From positions 5,414,008 through 5,478,007 of the forward strand of contig NW_002060943.1 in NCBI RefSeq assembly GCF_000150275.1: a DNA stretch of 64,000 bases, written 5' to 3'. The stretch comes from Trichoplax adhaerens. Lineage: Eukaryota; Animalia; Placozoa. This document shows, piece by piece, positions 26,020 to 51,070 of this stretch. Both the position numbers and the translations under genes were made by a program. A model generated the notes under the pieces. The model was not told the origin of the DNA. It searched no databases and was given only the letters and a program-made list of their open reading frames with translations. Positions within the stretch are counted from its first letter, which is position 1. The number at the start of each line of letters is the position of its first letter.

Positions 26020-28110
26020 AGGTGATCGAGTTATTGCGCTACAGTCTTGAACTGCAGGATATATATATATATATAAAAAAGGAAAAGGATCGAGTAGATT
26101 TTTGCAAGGATAACGCCCCTACCTAGAGAAATAGATTGCTTTTAGTCCCTTGACGTATCAACGTTTCAACCTGCGCACCCAAACCGTGCCGATAAAATAA
26201 TAGCTGACAACACAACACTCTATGACACCCTCTTCTGATTGGTGGAAAGGATATCTATTGTTTGCATTGTTAACGCTGTCTTGAGAAGGCTTCTTCGACT
26301 ATGGATTGCTACGTCTATAATAATATCTATACTTGGCAGTCATGTTAGCGTATCAGATTGCACAGTCAAAACGGGCACGCTGATAGAAGAATAGGCCGTA
26401 TAGATAATGTCTATTATATCAATGTTATCTAATAGACTGTATAGATTACTCGGTAATAGAGTACGCTATGATTAGGACAGCAGTGCTGGTTGAGTAGAAG
26501 GGGTATAGCATAATGTTATGTTGAAATACATGAATCACGTACTGTAGATTGCCTTATTACTAAACTTTCTGCATCATAAATGAATGCTATTGTCGTACGT
26601 GTTAGTTACTACGGCATTTCATGAATACATTTAGTGCTACAAAATGAGATAGCTAGCCATGAAAGCCGTCGGTGCTGGACAAGAATACTAATGATGTCAT
26701 AACATTCCATAATAATGACTTCATTTATTATGATAATAATTCAGGCAGACCAGTAAATTTCACCTATTTCAGCATTTTCAATAAGTTGTCGTATCTTCTT
26801 AACATTACGATTAATTAATAGCATATGGGAGCTAAATAAATCAACTGTTATCTTTCAGATAATAAATACAGCATAATACTGTGCTGTACTGGTGCATGAC
26901 GTTCTTTGGTTAAATATTGAAAATCATGAGTCACTGTCACACTGGTCGTAAGAAGTAACATGACCTATATTTGCGATAGGCCCATTAATATTGACGTATC
27001 CATATGCGTAATGCCGACATCTATGTACATTGTACAGTATATACGATGTTATGCATCTTAAATAACAGAATAGAATTCATTTAAAAGGCATACAGTTCGT
27101 AAGCAGAAGCATACAGTAGACTGTCACAAATAGGTACATGCAGTTTCAGATCAACCGTAAGATTTTGTAAAACAAAATGGTACCGCATCGAGAGTAGCTA
27201 TAATGGTTGATACATTTCATACATTAACAGATTACGTTAATTTAGTACCAATCGGCAGTAGCTGTAAAGGTACATTGGTACTCCATGACTACTAATACAG
27301 TACCGCCAATTTTCGCAATCAGATCGCATTACTGATATTCTCAAACTAACCTCCAGAGGCAAGCTAAATCCCATTGACTTAATAGCAAATTTGCTTCTTC
27401 AATCGATTTGCAGTATTCAACAACTACTAGCAGCTATAGCTCCAAAAATTAATGTCAACTTTGACGTGACATTCCAATCTGAAAAATTTTAACATGCTTT
27501 TCCAATCAACTATGTCATGCATCATTATGTCCATTAACCGGCACTACAAAGATGGAAATCACTAGTAGACTTAATACTCACCTTTATACAGTAGATTATT
27601 TGGTAAGCATATTATATCACATGCATGTACGTGCTGCATTAACTTAAATGTTTACTGCACTGGAAGAATAAAAATAAATTTCAAAGCAATTGCTGCTGTC
27701 ATTTCGTACACAGTAGATTTTATTTTCGAATACACTATGCCTTTACATCAGAATCATGATATATTTTTATTAAACGAAATACTGTATACAATAACCGATA
27801 GAATATTGACTAAGCAACGTAAAATCGTTCGAGGCTGAATGAATGAATCTGGAAAAATTTATGCATGATCTTACATTGCATTTACTAATTCAAGGTAAAG
27901 TAGATTTAAATACTTTGTCATCAAATAAACGTTCAATGATTACTAGGCTTTCTGACAAAATATTTACATATTAGAAATAGCTTATAGCTTCATCGTTACT
28001 GCTCTATATCGTGTCCCTGAAAAAGTTATGCTCAACTTCATAAACAAGCAATCCAACAAGTATCTGATATTACAAGATACATATAATTTAATGAAATTTG
28101 ATCAAGATAT

Positions 28111-29904
28111 TTAAAAATCAATTTGACACCTAAAATGAAATTGGAATTTATTAGCTTTGACTGCTAGCCTTGTTGCATCCTTGGATTTAATCTTTTGACT
28201 AATTTCACGGACTTTGTTATGTCGCTTTATAAATGACTTTGATAGAGCAGCAGTAGTATTCCATCCTATTACTTGGTACTGAGACATCAAGTTACTCTTA
28301 ATTGCTCGTTTTTCAGCAGGCGTCATGGCTGGAAGATTGGAAAATTGTTGCTTATAAAATACTCTTAATGATCGATGGCCTATACGATTTCCGTTGGGTA
28401 GTATCAGCGTCATGCCATCATCAGATAACTGAATGTCTTTAGCAACAGCAGCAACGTCTTCATCTTCATCCTAAAGGAATATAATTATTGGTTATCAGGA
28501 CGAAATAAACTAATAAAGGGTACGTATATACCTTTTATACTTTGTTATAACAATTACTAGGTTAGGCAATTCTAATCTACACCATATAGCATGATGTAGC
28601 ATGAGCGAATTAGCTTTAAATTAGTCGCTACTATACAGGTATTCTACGTATTGTTAAATATCGTAAGAATTACTGCAGCTAAGGTTTACGAACGAACGTT
28701 CTTCAGGCAACAACTTACGCCTTCTACATGGTCTGGATAACTACTACTAAAATCGTAGAAGTCGGAATATTCAAGCATTGATTCTTCATCATCGGAAAAT
28801 TTACAATGTCCTGTAAATAAAGATAAGATATGAGTCTAAAATATACGTCATGTCTAGTTCTTATCTAGCATCAAATTTGGGTTTAAAACTTTGTGTCGTG
28901 TTGTTACGATAAATGATACTAAAATTAGCAAATACACTTGGGCAGTGTCTAGTTTCTTACAACGCAAAGCAGCAATAAATTGACTGGTCTTCTTTAGCAT
29001 TAATTAGCATAAGACAAGTACTATTTGTAAGTACTGTACAGCGGATGTGGAGAATCTCTTACAGGTAATGTAAAGCCATGAAAACTAATCTATATAAGGG
29101 GTACAGCATCTTGTCGTATCGAGAAATGTTCTTTACGCTTTGTAGATCATAATGGAGTAATCGAACATGTATACGTCATTCATAGCCATAGTATTCTAAC
29201 CTACCTTTGTCAAGCATGTGATTTTTCACCGCTTCTAAGGTCTGAAATGCCTTTCCTTTATCGTTGCAATATAAACACTCGCATCCAATTGATATCTTTT
29301 GACATAAATATTCCATAAAGCCTTCAATATTCGTTAAGTATTGGATATTGGGTATAAAAAAACTGTGCGATCGCATCATATGTCGTAAATTGGACTGGAG
29401 ATTAACACTTTCATGTGAACAAAATAAGCAATCATTAATCGTTAATTGGTATTCTTCAATTTCCTCCTCGTCATGACTTTCTTCTTGACGCTCTTCTTCC
29501 ACGCTGGATTTTTCTTGATGGTTTTCAGTTTTTGTTTCATCAGTTCTTTTCGACTTTGATTTCAACACATAATCGCGGTGTTTTTTTGATTTTAAATGAT
29601 TTTCTAAAGTGGATTGGTTGTTAAAATATTTCTTACAGGAATTACAAGCATAACCATGATTCTGTTGATTGACTTCATTTTGAGCTCGATCCCTGGCTGC
29701 TAATACCCGAACTTGAAAATCTGCAGCTGTTACTGCTGGCATATTAGCTACCTTGCGCTTTAAATTGTACCGGTGCCAATCCGATTTATAATGAGCGCGT
29801 TGCAGCTCTGCTTCACGAAAAGCTATACCGCATGCCAGGCATGTATATTTCTTGTTCCTATTTGCCGAGATGTCGGATGAAGAATCCTCTTGTATTTCCA
29901 TCAT
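28111..29904 (-). CDS. ZNF622: Zinc finger protein 622 / Rei1 (pre-60S maturation factor), 3 exons (29205-29904, 28719-28810, 28111-28470)
   Basis: YTCLACGIAF..AELQRAHYKSDWHRYNLKRKVA, C2H2 CNSCKKYF..HLKSKKH, HM..SHSFFIP, AVKNHMLDKG|HCK, FYDFSSSYPD, LILPNGNRIGHRSLRVFYKQ and ANKFQFHFRCQ. Confidence 0.95.
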
Positions 29905-30045
29905 GATTTGTGCACTGGAGAACAAGTGTTGCGTTGCTTGAGTTATAAGTCAAGAAAATCTGACTCAGCACAACCAGTCTATCTATTAATAGTACATTTC
30001 ATTCCTACAGTATAGTACAGGAATATGCCCAGTCAGGGAAAGTTG

Positions 30046-30057
30046 TACGCATGCGCT
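30046..30057. promoter_or_regulatory. NRF1/EWG-like palindromic element upstream of ZNF622
   Basis: TACGCATGCGCT ~140 bp upstream of the ATG. A related TACGCATGTGCG lies on the - strand at 33199-33210, upstream of RPL15. Confidence 0.45.
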
Positions 30058-31242
30058 GTATAGTACGTAGTGTCATGCGCGAGGGATCTAGTACCATGTG
30101 ATGTCATTCCATCATGCAGTCAGTAGTGGGTACTTAGAAGTTCCTGATGAAAGCTTCAGACGAACAGACATTTTTACAAGATACCAACTCAAAGTTGGAA
30201 ATATCGAAAAATAGCGCACTTAATATGCAATTTCTTAGTCACTGGCACCCTAATTAAAAACATTTATGGCGTTATTTAAGTACTTTTATGTAGAAGTTAG
30301 CCACATAGAATTCATTGAAATATTACTTAATTTCTTGTATAGTATACTGTACAGTATCGTCGACTCGTGGACTACTCCTGTACTAGAAAAAAATCGAGCG
30401 AGATTCTTGTAATTTTCTATCTACAGTCATAGGCTACTAAATACTTTGCGGAAGTATTTACTAGTTTAGGCTACAGTATACGAGTAGTATGCTAACGTAG
30501 TCATTTTTGATATTTAGTTGCTTAAGTAAGAGCGAAGAATGAAGATAGGCTACAATAAAGAGTCAGGGACTGTATTAATTATAGTATTTGTAGCTGTTTT
30601 CAACAAGTGATACACAGTATAAGCATATTACATATTATTATACTCTCTACCACTCCTCACCCAACCTTATCGAGCAATATTCTGGATTTCATATTACGAG
30701 ATTGTAGCACAAGCAATAGCATGAACTATTGACCACAGATTAATGCGTTCACATGTAGAGTTGTTACTACTGAATCGTAGATAGCAAAGAGCAAGTTTCG
30801 TAAAGCAGTTGGGATAGAAAGTCACTAACTTCTACAGTAATTCCGGATACCTCTCAAATGATACTCCAGGTTTGATTGAACAGTACAGATATTACTTCTC
30901 TACGCGTATCTAGTAGAACTTGCATATGTAAAGTTTACGTGATAAATCATGCCCTACTGCATGAGTACTATCAATTGGTGCTATTCGTCATCTGAAGATT
31001 GATAGTTCAGTGCTATACATTTAATAATCAACAACGTTCGCTGAACAATAAACAACCTAAATAGTCTGTGCAAGGTAATCGTCCTTAATGAATAACCTTC
31101 ACGATCATTTGGTAAATCAGAATAAACTAACATGTTGTTGGCAATCAACTTGTACACGCATTTAAAACACTCACAGTATAAGTTTTCTTTTATTTTACAT
31201 AAACAATGATGCTAACAATGAACATATCAGGTGAAAAATTAT

Positions 31243-31926
31243 CTATCGAAATCTCTTCAACTGTAGAGTGTTACGACGCTTCCAACCGCCTCTACGAGAG
31301 CTACCAATAACCTTGGTGTAACGATGACCCTTGCCCAAACCACGGTTTTTCCTTCCTGCTGAAGTCAGGCCACGTAATTCACGATGTTTATGAACAGGAT
31401 TACATATCCAGTTGATACGTGCATCACGGGTAATAGCCTTGTGAGCAGGATCAACCACAATTACTTCATAATATTTATAAACAGAGTCTTCGCATACCCA
31501 GTAAGAATTGAGTACACGTAAGCCGCCACAGGCACGACCGACACGCTCCTGGAAAATGAAGTGACAATTCAATTATTGACAAATAACAAGCAACGATCAA
31601 GTGGGTTTAGAAATTACCTCAGCAACAGATTGTAAACTTCTTTGAAATTTGAGCTGGTTTACACCCTGGTTGGTAGGTTTACCCATTGTTGCACCTTTCC
31701 TGACCATACGCTTACGACCACCACGTCGTACTCGAGCACGATAGATGACATAGCCTTGCTTAGCTTTGTAGCCAAGTTTTCGTGCTCTATCAGGACGTGT
31801 TGGATGATTGACACGGTGCACGGATGCCAACTGACGGTAGTACCAGGTGCGGATACGCATCGTGTATCGCAACAAGTCAGATTGTTTCTTTTTATGCAAT
31901 TCTTCTAAATACCTGTATGCTCCCAT
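31243..31926 (-). CDS. RPL15: 60S ribosomal protein L15 (eL15), coding exons 31618-31926 and 31243-31548
   Basis: [17 protein letters not shown]...[22 protein letters not shown]...SLQSVAE|[16 protein letters not shown]...[13 protein letters not shown]...[11 protein letters not shown]. Confidence 0.98.
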
Positions 31927-33125
31927 TTCGTTATAACTACAAATAACTAGAAAAAAGAAAAGGAGTTTACACAAGGTAAATTGTCTAATCGCTAAAGGCG
32001 TATCATAATCTGCAATAAAACAAGAATGAATGTATGACTATTTTAATGGCAGTTATCATTATCAAATACACCCATACATTGGCGATAGACATGTTCATTT
32101 AATTGAAGGTATACAATATGTGGATCACCTAGAAGTGCAGAGATATGCATACGAATGACTGGCTACTGTACGCATAGGATTTGCTAGTCTAAACTTTAAA
32201 TGCCAAGAAAATACACCAGTATAGCGATTTTCCATAACATGAAAAGCAATCTAAGCATAGCAGAGTGTACTCTTCAATCGGTGAAACTTTCTAACCTATT
32301 GATTCGTCGTTTTCACAACACGCAGTATAGCAAAACTCTGTTTCAATAGGTTAAGGTGCTACTCTAATAGCTGCGAGTTCAACCCTTGGTCGATTCATGG
32401 GTAGACAGTAGCAACACGATTAAGACTACCGCAAGTGAAGGTATTTAAAAGTCGGTGGTTTACAATTAAAATAAGTCTAGTACTGTATATATCTTCCATC
32501 ATGCTGAAAATACAGCGCAACTTTTCTCATTTTTCAATAACAATATTTCCCTGGTCTACATGGACAAAAGCTGCAAGCTTTTAGACAAGAACAATTTCAA
32601 TTTCTGCATGCAGTTGCTGTACTGTTTAATTATATACAGTGTTGGCTGTAACATTTTCTGATCTCTCGCATTTGCAAACCTTGGAGAAGCTGCATGCAAT
32701 TCGATACTTTGTATGCTTGTACAGTACTGAATCTAGTAAGTGGCGTACTCTACTTGCTTAACGATTACGGAAAGATTGGTAACAAAAGATGAAAATATGA
32801 CATCTTACAACTCTGACACTTTCAAATGGCTAGAAGATAACCTACTCGATAACTAGGTAGTTTACTACAAAGTCTAACAGATTCTTTATGGCCAATGTAT
32901 TTGATAGTGATCTATCAAGTGTACAAGTGGTAGTGAGATTGATAGTGTTGTGTAATGTCAAAAGTGCAGGACTTAAAATCATCAACAGCAAAAATAAGCG
33001 AGTTATCGGGACGAATTGATTTTAAAAATGGTTGTGGAACATCATTAGAAAGTTAATTTTTAAAATTTGACGAACAAATATGAACGATGGTGTTTTAGCT
33101 GTTTGATTTTTCAAAGATATCTTAC

Positions 33126-33143
33126 CGACGGCCAAGGAAAAGA
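33126..33143 (-). promoter_or_regulatory. TCT core promoter / 5'-TOP start and non-coding first exon of RPL15
   Basis: The - strand reads CAT-CTTTTCCTT-GGCCGTCG|GTAAG: a pyrimidine tract starting with C, followed by a canonical donor. A matching acceptor lies ~10 nt upstream of the RPL15 ATG. Confidence 0.7.
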
Positions 33144-33219
33144 TGGATGCACGTCGTCGATTTCTCGATAAACGTCGCAGAAGGAAGGAGGCGAGAAGCG
33201 CACATGCGTATATAGTGAA

Positions 33220-34460
33220 TAACAGTACTGTACACCGTACAGTGTACTGTACTGTAGAGGTACAGTACGTACTGTACAGTACAGTACAAAGAAAAGAAGG
33301 CAGTTTTTACTATTTTTAGTTTTACCCTACTGTACTGAGTACTGACTGCCTGTTCTGTACAGTACTGTACTGTAGTCTGTAGGAACCAGAATGAACTGTG
33401 GAACTCAATTGTTGCTCTACACTAGTTAAAAGTTGCCCACTTGCATTGAGGACATGCACACTATTACACATTACAGCACGATACTGTACAGTATGCCGCT
33501 TGCCAGCCAACATCATGCGGTAAAGAACACTACAGTACTATCTCGGTAACTTTAGCAGACACTATGTACTGTACGGCAGTATGGGATTCTACAGTACACT
33601 GTACAGTAGAATTTGCACTCTACAATACAGTACAGTACTGTAGAATCCTGTACTGTACAGTGTACAGTACTGGATGTAGAAATGCTCTTTCACAACTGTG
33701 CAGATTCTACTGGGTAAAGTTGTCCCTTTTGGGCCACCGTACGGCAGTACCTAGAGTACCTGTGTTGGTTCAAATCACGACTCTACGTCAAAAATTTGAC
33801 AAAATCAAATTCATATTCAGGTACTCAAATGGGTCTTGTATCTCAACATCAATGAATATTGTACGCAGTGCAAAATTGAAGCTTCAAATTTTGTTTTGAT
33901 TAAGAAGCGAATTCAAAGGTACAGTACCGTCATAGACTGACTACTCAAGAAAAACTTGGATTACTTTCTCTCACTCCTCTAAAAGGAAGTTTTTCTTTTT
34001 CCAAGAGAAAGAAAGTAACCCATTTTTTCCTGATTGGTCCCTGCCACAGGATTCCATTGGACACAGCAAGCAACGGCGCCTTGCCATGTGATCTACTGTA
34101 CAGTGTACAGTACAAAGCGTACAGTACATGAACTCAGTGACTCCGAAAGTGCGAATATTGATTGTACTGTACTGTACAGTGTCACTATCATGAAAAGCGA
34201 GTACTGTACAGTACTCTGTACAGAACGCCCGTCTGAACTTACAGTACAGTACTGTACAGTACAGTACTGGACGCCCAGGCCAGGCCAGGATAGGATAGGA
34301 TAGGATTTATTATGGGATAAGTACAGTACAAGTACTGTAAAGGGAAGGGCGTGTCCCACGCCCATTACGCTGTCAATCACCTACGATTCTCTATTGTACC
34401 GCCCACTACAGTACAACTCTACAGTGTGCAGTACTGTCATACTGTACTGTAAAGTTCAGT
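33220..34460. repeat. TACAGTA/TACTGTA motif clusters in the RPL15/ARHGAP39 divergent intergenic region
   Basis: Two dense blocks (33220-33670 and 34090-34460) of the same self-complementary motif. Confidence 0.8.
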
Positions 34461-34661
34461 CAACTCTATTTATTTACAGTACAAAGCAAACTACAAGCAC
34501 CCTGCAGGGTAGTCCAAATTGCCAGCTGATTGTTCACATGGGAGACACTGTACTGTATACGGATTGCAGTATCGATCACTATTCGAGCGTTCAACGTACT
34601 GATACTTTATTATTTATTGTCGCTGCTGCTGCTACTGCTGCCACGGTCGAGTCATGCCGTT

Positions 34662-34994
34662 CAACACGACTCCATTTACAGTACTGTACGTACAGCAGTA
34701 CAGTTACAGTAGTCATCCCGCTCAACACGTCAATCGTCTTGCAACACGACTCCATCTACAGTACGTACAGCAGTAGAGTTACAGTAGTCATCCCGCTCAA
34801 CACGTCAATCGTCTTGCAACACGACTCCATCTACAGTACGTACAGCAGTACAGTTACAGTAGTCATCCCGCTCAACACGTCAATCGTCTTGCAACACGAC
34901 TCCATCTACAGTACGTACAGCAGTACAGTTACAGTAGTCATCCCGCTCAACACGTCAATCGTCTTGCAACACGACTCCATCTACAGTACGTACA
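34662..34994 (+). repeat. Near-perfect 75-bp tandem repeat, ~4.4 copies
   Basis: Unit GCAACACGACTCCATCTACAGTACGTACAGCAGTACAGTTACAGTAGTCATCCCGCTCAACACGTCAATCGTCTT starts at 34741, 34816, 34891 and 34966 (partial), with a variant first copy at ~34662. Confidence 0.95.
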
Positions 34995-35342
34995 CCACAG
35001 TAAATCGCTTGCAAGGCATCACAGTCAACGTTGGACATGAGCTCACACGTACCGTCACTCTCGATCAGCTGATGACACCCAATGATGACGGAGGCTTCTT
35101 TAATAACGCCATCTTAAAACTAATATTGACATAACATCACATTTCCTTAGCTGATTCTTGCTTCTAAATCCTTCAGGATAAGGATAGCATTGAGTGGAAT
35201 TCTCACTGCTAAGCTTGGATCGAGCTATTTGGCCTGATCAGACATTAAATTGCATTGGTTCTGCTCCTTTGGCGTACACGTACAAGCGTAGAAGAGAGAC
35301 GGGCTTAGACACGGCCGACCCAAGCCAGTCGTTGACTTGGAC

Positions 35343-42453
<7,111 letters not shown>

Positions 42454-44321
42454 TATGCAATTAGGCAAAATTGATCGAAATTGACGAATTTGTTGGAAAA
42501 TAATGTCATTAGTTACATTGAGAAATCATTTGTTAAGCTAATTCAAATTTATAACACTTTTCTATCTGGGCGATTGTAAAATTCGTTAATGTAGCTTTAT
42601 CTTGACTTAGAAATGACTTTTTAATTCTTGTAACTGCAAAGTAAAACAAAGTTCTATACTGTTGGGAATATTGAGAAAAAAATGATTGCTGATATCGGTT
42701 AGATGATTTCAGTTTCATAGGATAATTATAATATATTATTACGTAGCAATTATTCGTTGTCTTGCGATTGATAACTACTAAGATATCGTGTATTTTTTTA
42801 CGAAATCTATATAACCTTGAATAAGTTGACTGACTCTTGTATATGTTGTTGTTAAAGTCACAGTTTAAGACTTTATATTTATCAGAGTAGCATGTTCTAT
42901 ATTAATTTCTTATTGTCCCCGATGCTAGCTACATATTTGTGCATATATAATAAAATTTACGGTATGGTCATGTATAATAGTGAACTAACAGTTTACAGTA
43001 GCAATGCCGTAATTGAGTATTATGCTATTCATGTAAAGCTGCTTAAAATACCATACCGGTACTGTAGGAAAGCGAGTATGTCAAAAAGATCTGGCAATGT
43101 ACCGTACTGTATAAAAAATATTCCTTGTATTACATGTAGGATTTGGTCAATTTTGTGCAATGCTGGATACTAATCTGACGGTTAAATTTTAGAATTTTGC
43201 GTTTAGATATAAATTGGCTATGTAAACTGCAGTAATATAGAGCTTGGTACAAAAATAATTTGAAATCTTTTCCTTGATATTGTTTATCAGCATATTTGAA
43301 ATAAAATTTGTAATAAATAATCTTTAGGTCACAAATTATTTAAATTAAACTACCCTCGTAACAATGTTTGCTTGATACTGATTTAAGTAATTATAAATTT
43401 TGCGCGGGTCTGATCGCTTACCGTAATTTATTAATTTTTAATTTTATAATTATCTATAAAGAATGAAGTGAGATCATTTTAATGACAATATTATAATGTA
43501 CATAATACAAGTCTAATTAGTATGTATTTGCATGTTATGGTAATACTTGTACTATTTCGTAGGTAATTATAAACTGAAAGATTATTTTTCTTTGAGACAT
43601 TCACTTCATATTAATAAAGTAAGTTAGAGAACAAGACAATAATAATTTAGCTGGCTTTCATGTATCATTAATATTTTTGGAGAAAGTGTAGACTTGAATT
43701 CCAGTAAAACTAATGAGAATAAATAGCTAGTGTTACTTGCGATAGTAAAAAATGAAAAATCTTTGCAATTTATCAGTAATAAAACCTAATGGATTTATAG
43801 GTTACCGGATATCTGTTAGGGTTAAATTTTGCCAAGATCGGTCTTATTTATAAATTTAATTAATAAAGGGCAACTAAAAGTCCATATCCAATTGTACATA
43901 TCTTTAAAATACTTCTAATATTCAGGAATTTCAGGATTAGGGTGCATATGCTTACAGTAAACAAAAAGAGAATGATAAACAAATTTAAATGGTATTTAGT
44001 AGTGGTGTTTAGTATGGTTAAATTAAGTACTGTACTGCAATGACAAGCTGTGCAATTTCAATCATTGCTATTAAAAATATTGTCATATAAAGTAGCCAAT
44101 AATATTTATAGCTACAAAATTATCCAAATAATCACAGTCAGTGACGTATTAAATAATAAACCAAAGGTATAGTGTTGAATTGATTTTTACTTGTTAATTA
44201 GTTGTCATCCATTTTTTTCTCCCAACAAGGTTCTTCTAGACCTGACATTCTTCTCGGTTTCAACTGAGTCTGTTCACTCCATTTCTCTTTTTCTTGGCAA
44301 CAAAATCAAAACCAGAATAAC

Positions 44322-51070
<6,749 letters not shown>

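Noticed and set aside
25778-26050. Antisense ORFs over tropomyosin, RPL15 (31642-31908), NTMT1 (20137-20370) and the RTK TM exon (62599-62826)
   Set aside because: Shadow ORFs of real coding exons on the opposite strand.
32345-32400. tRNA-like words (GGTTAAGG...GAGTTCAACCC) in RPL15 intron 1
   Set aside because: No acceptor or anticodon stems can be formed. At most a decayed B-box-like match.
31940-33125. Intronic C/D snoRNA expected in a ribosomal protein gene intron
   Set aside because: A C-box-like TTGATGA on the - strand (~32980) has no CTGA D box at a suitable distance. H/ACA RNAs cannot be excluded by eye.
34662-34994. CRISPR-like array
   Set aside because: Units are identical end to end with no unique spacers, there are no cas genes, and the context is eukaryotic.
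34394-35134. 246-aa ORF as a protein-coding gene
   Set aside because: It has a non-ATG start, its length is explained by the stop-free 75-bp repeat and motif arrays, and it has no recognisable domain.
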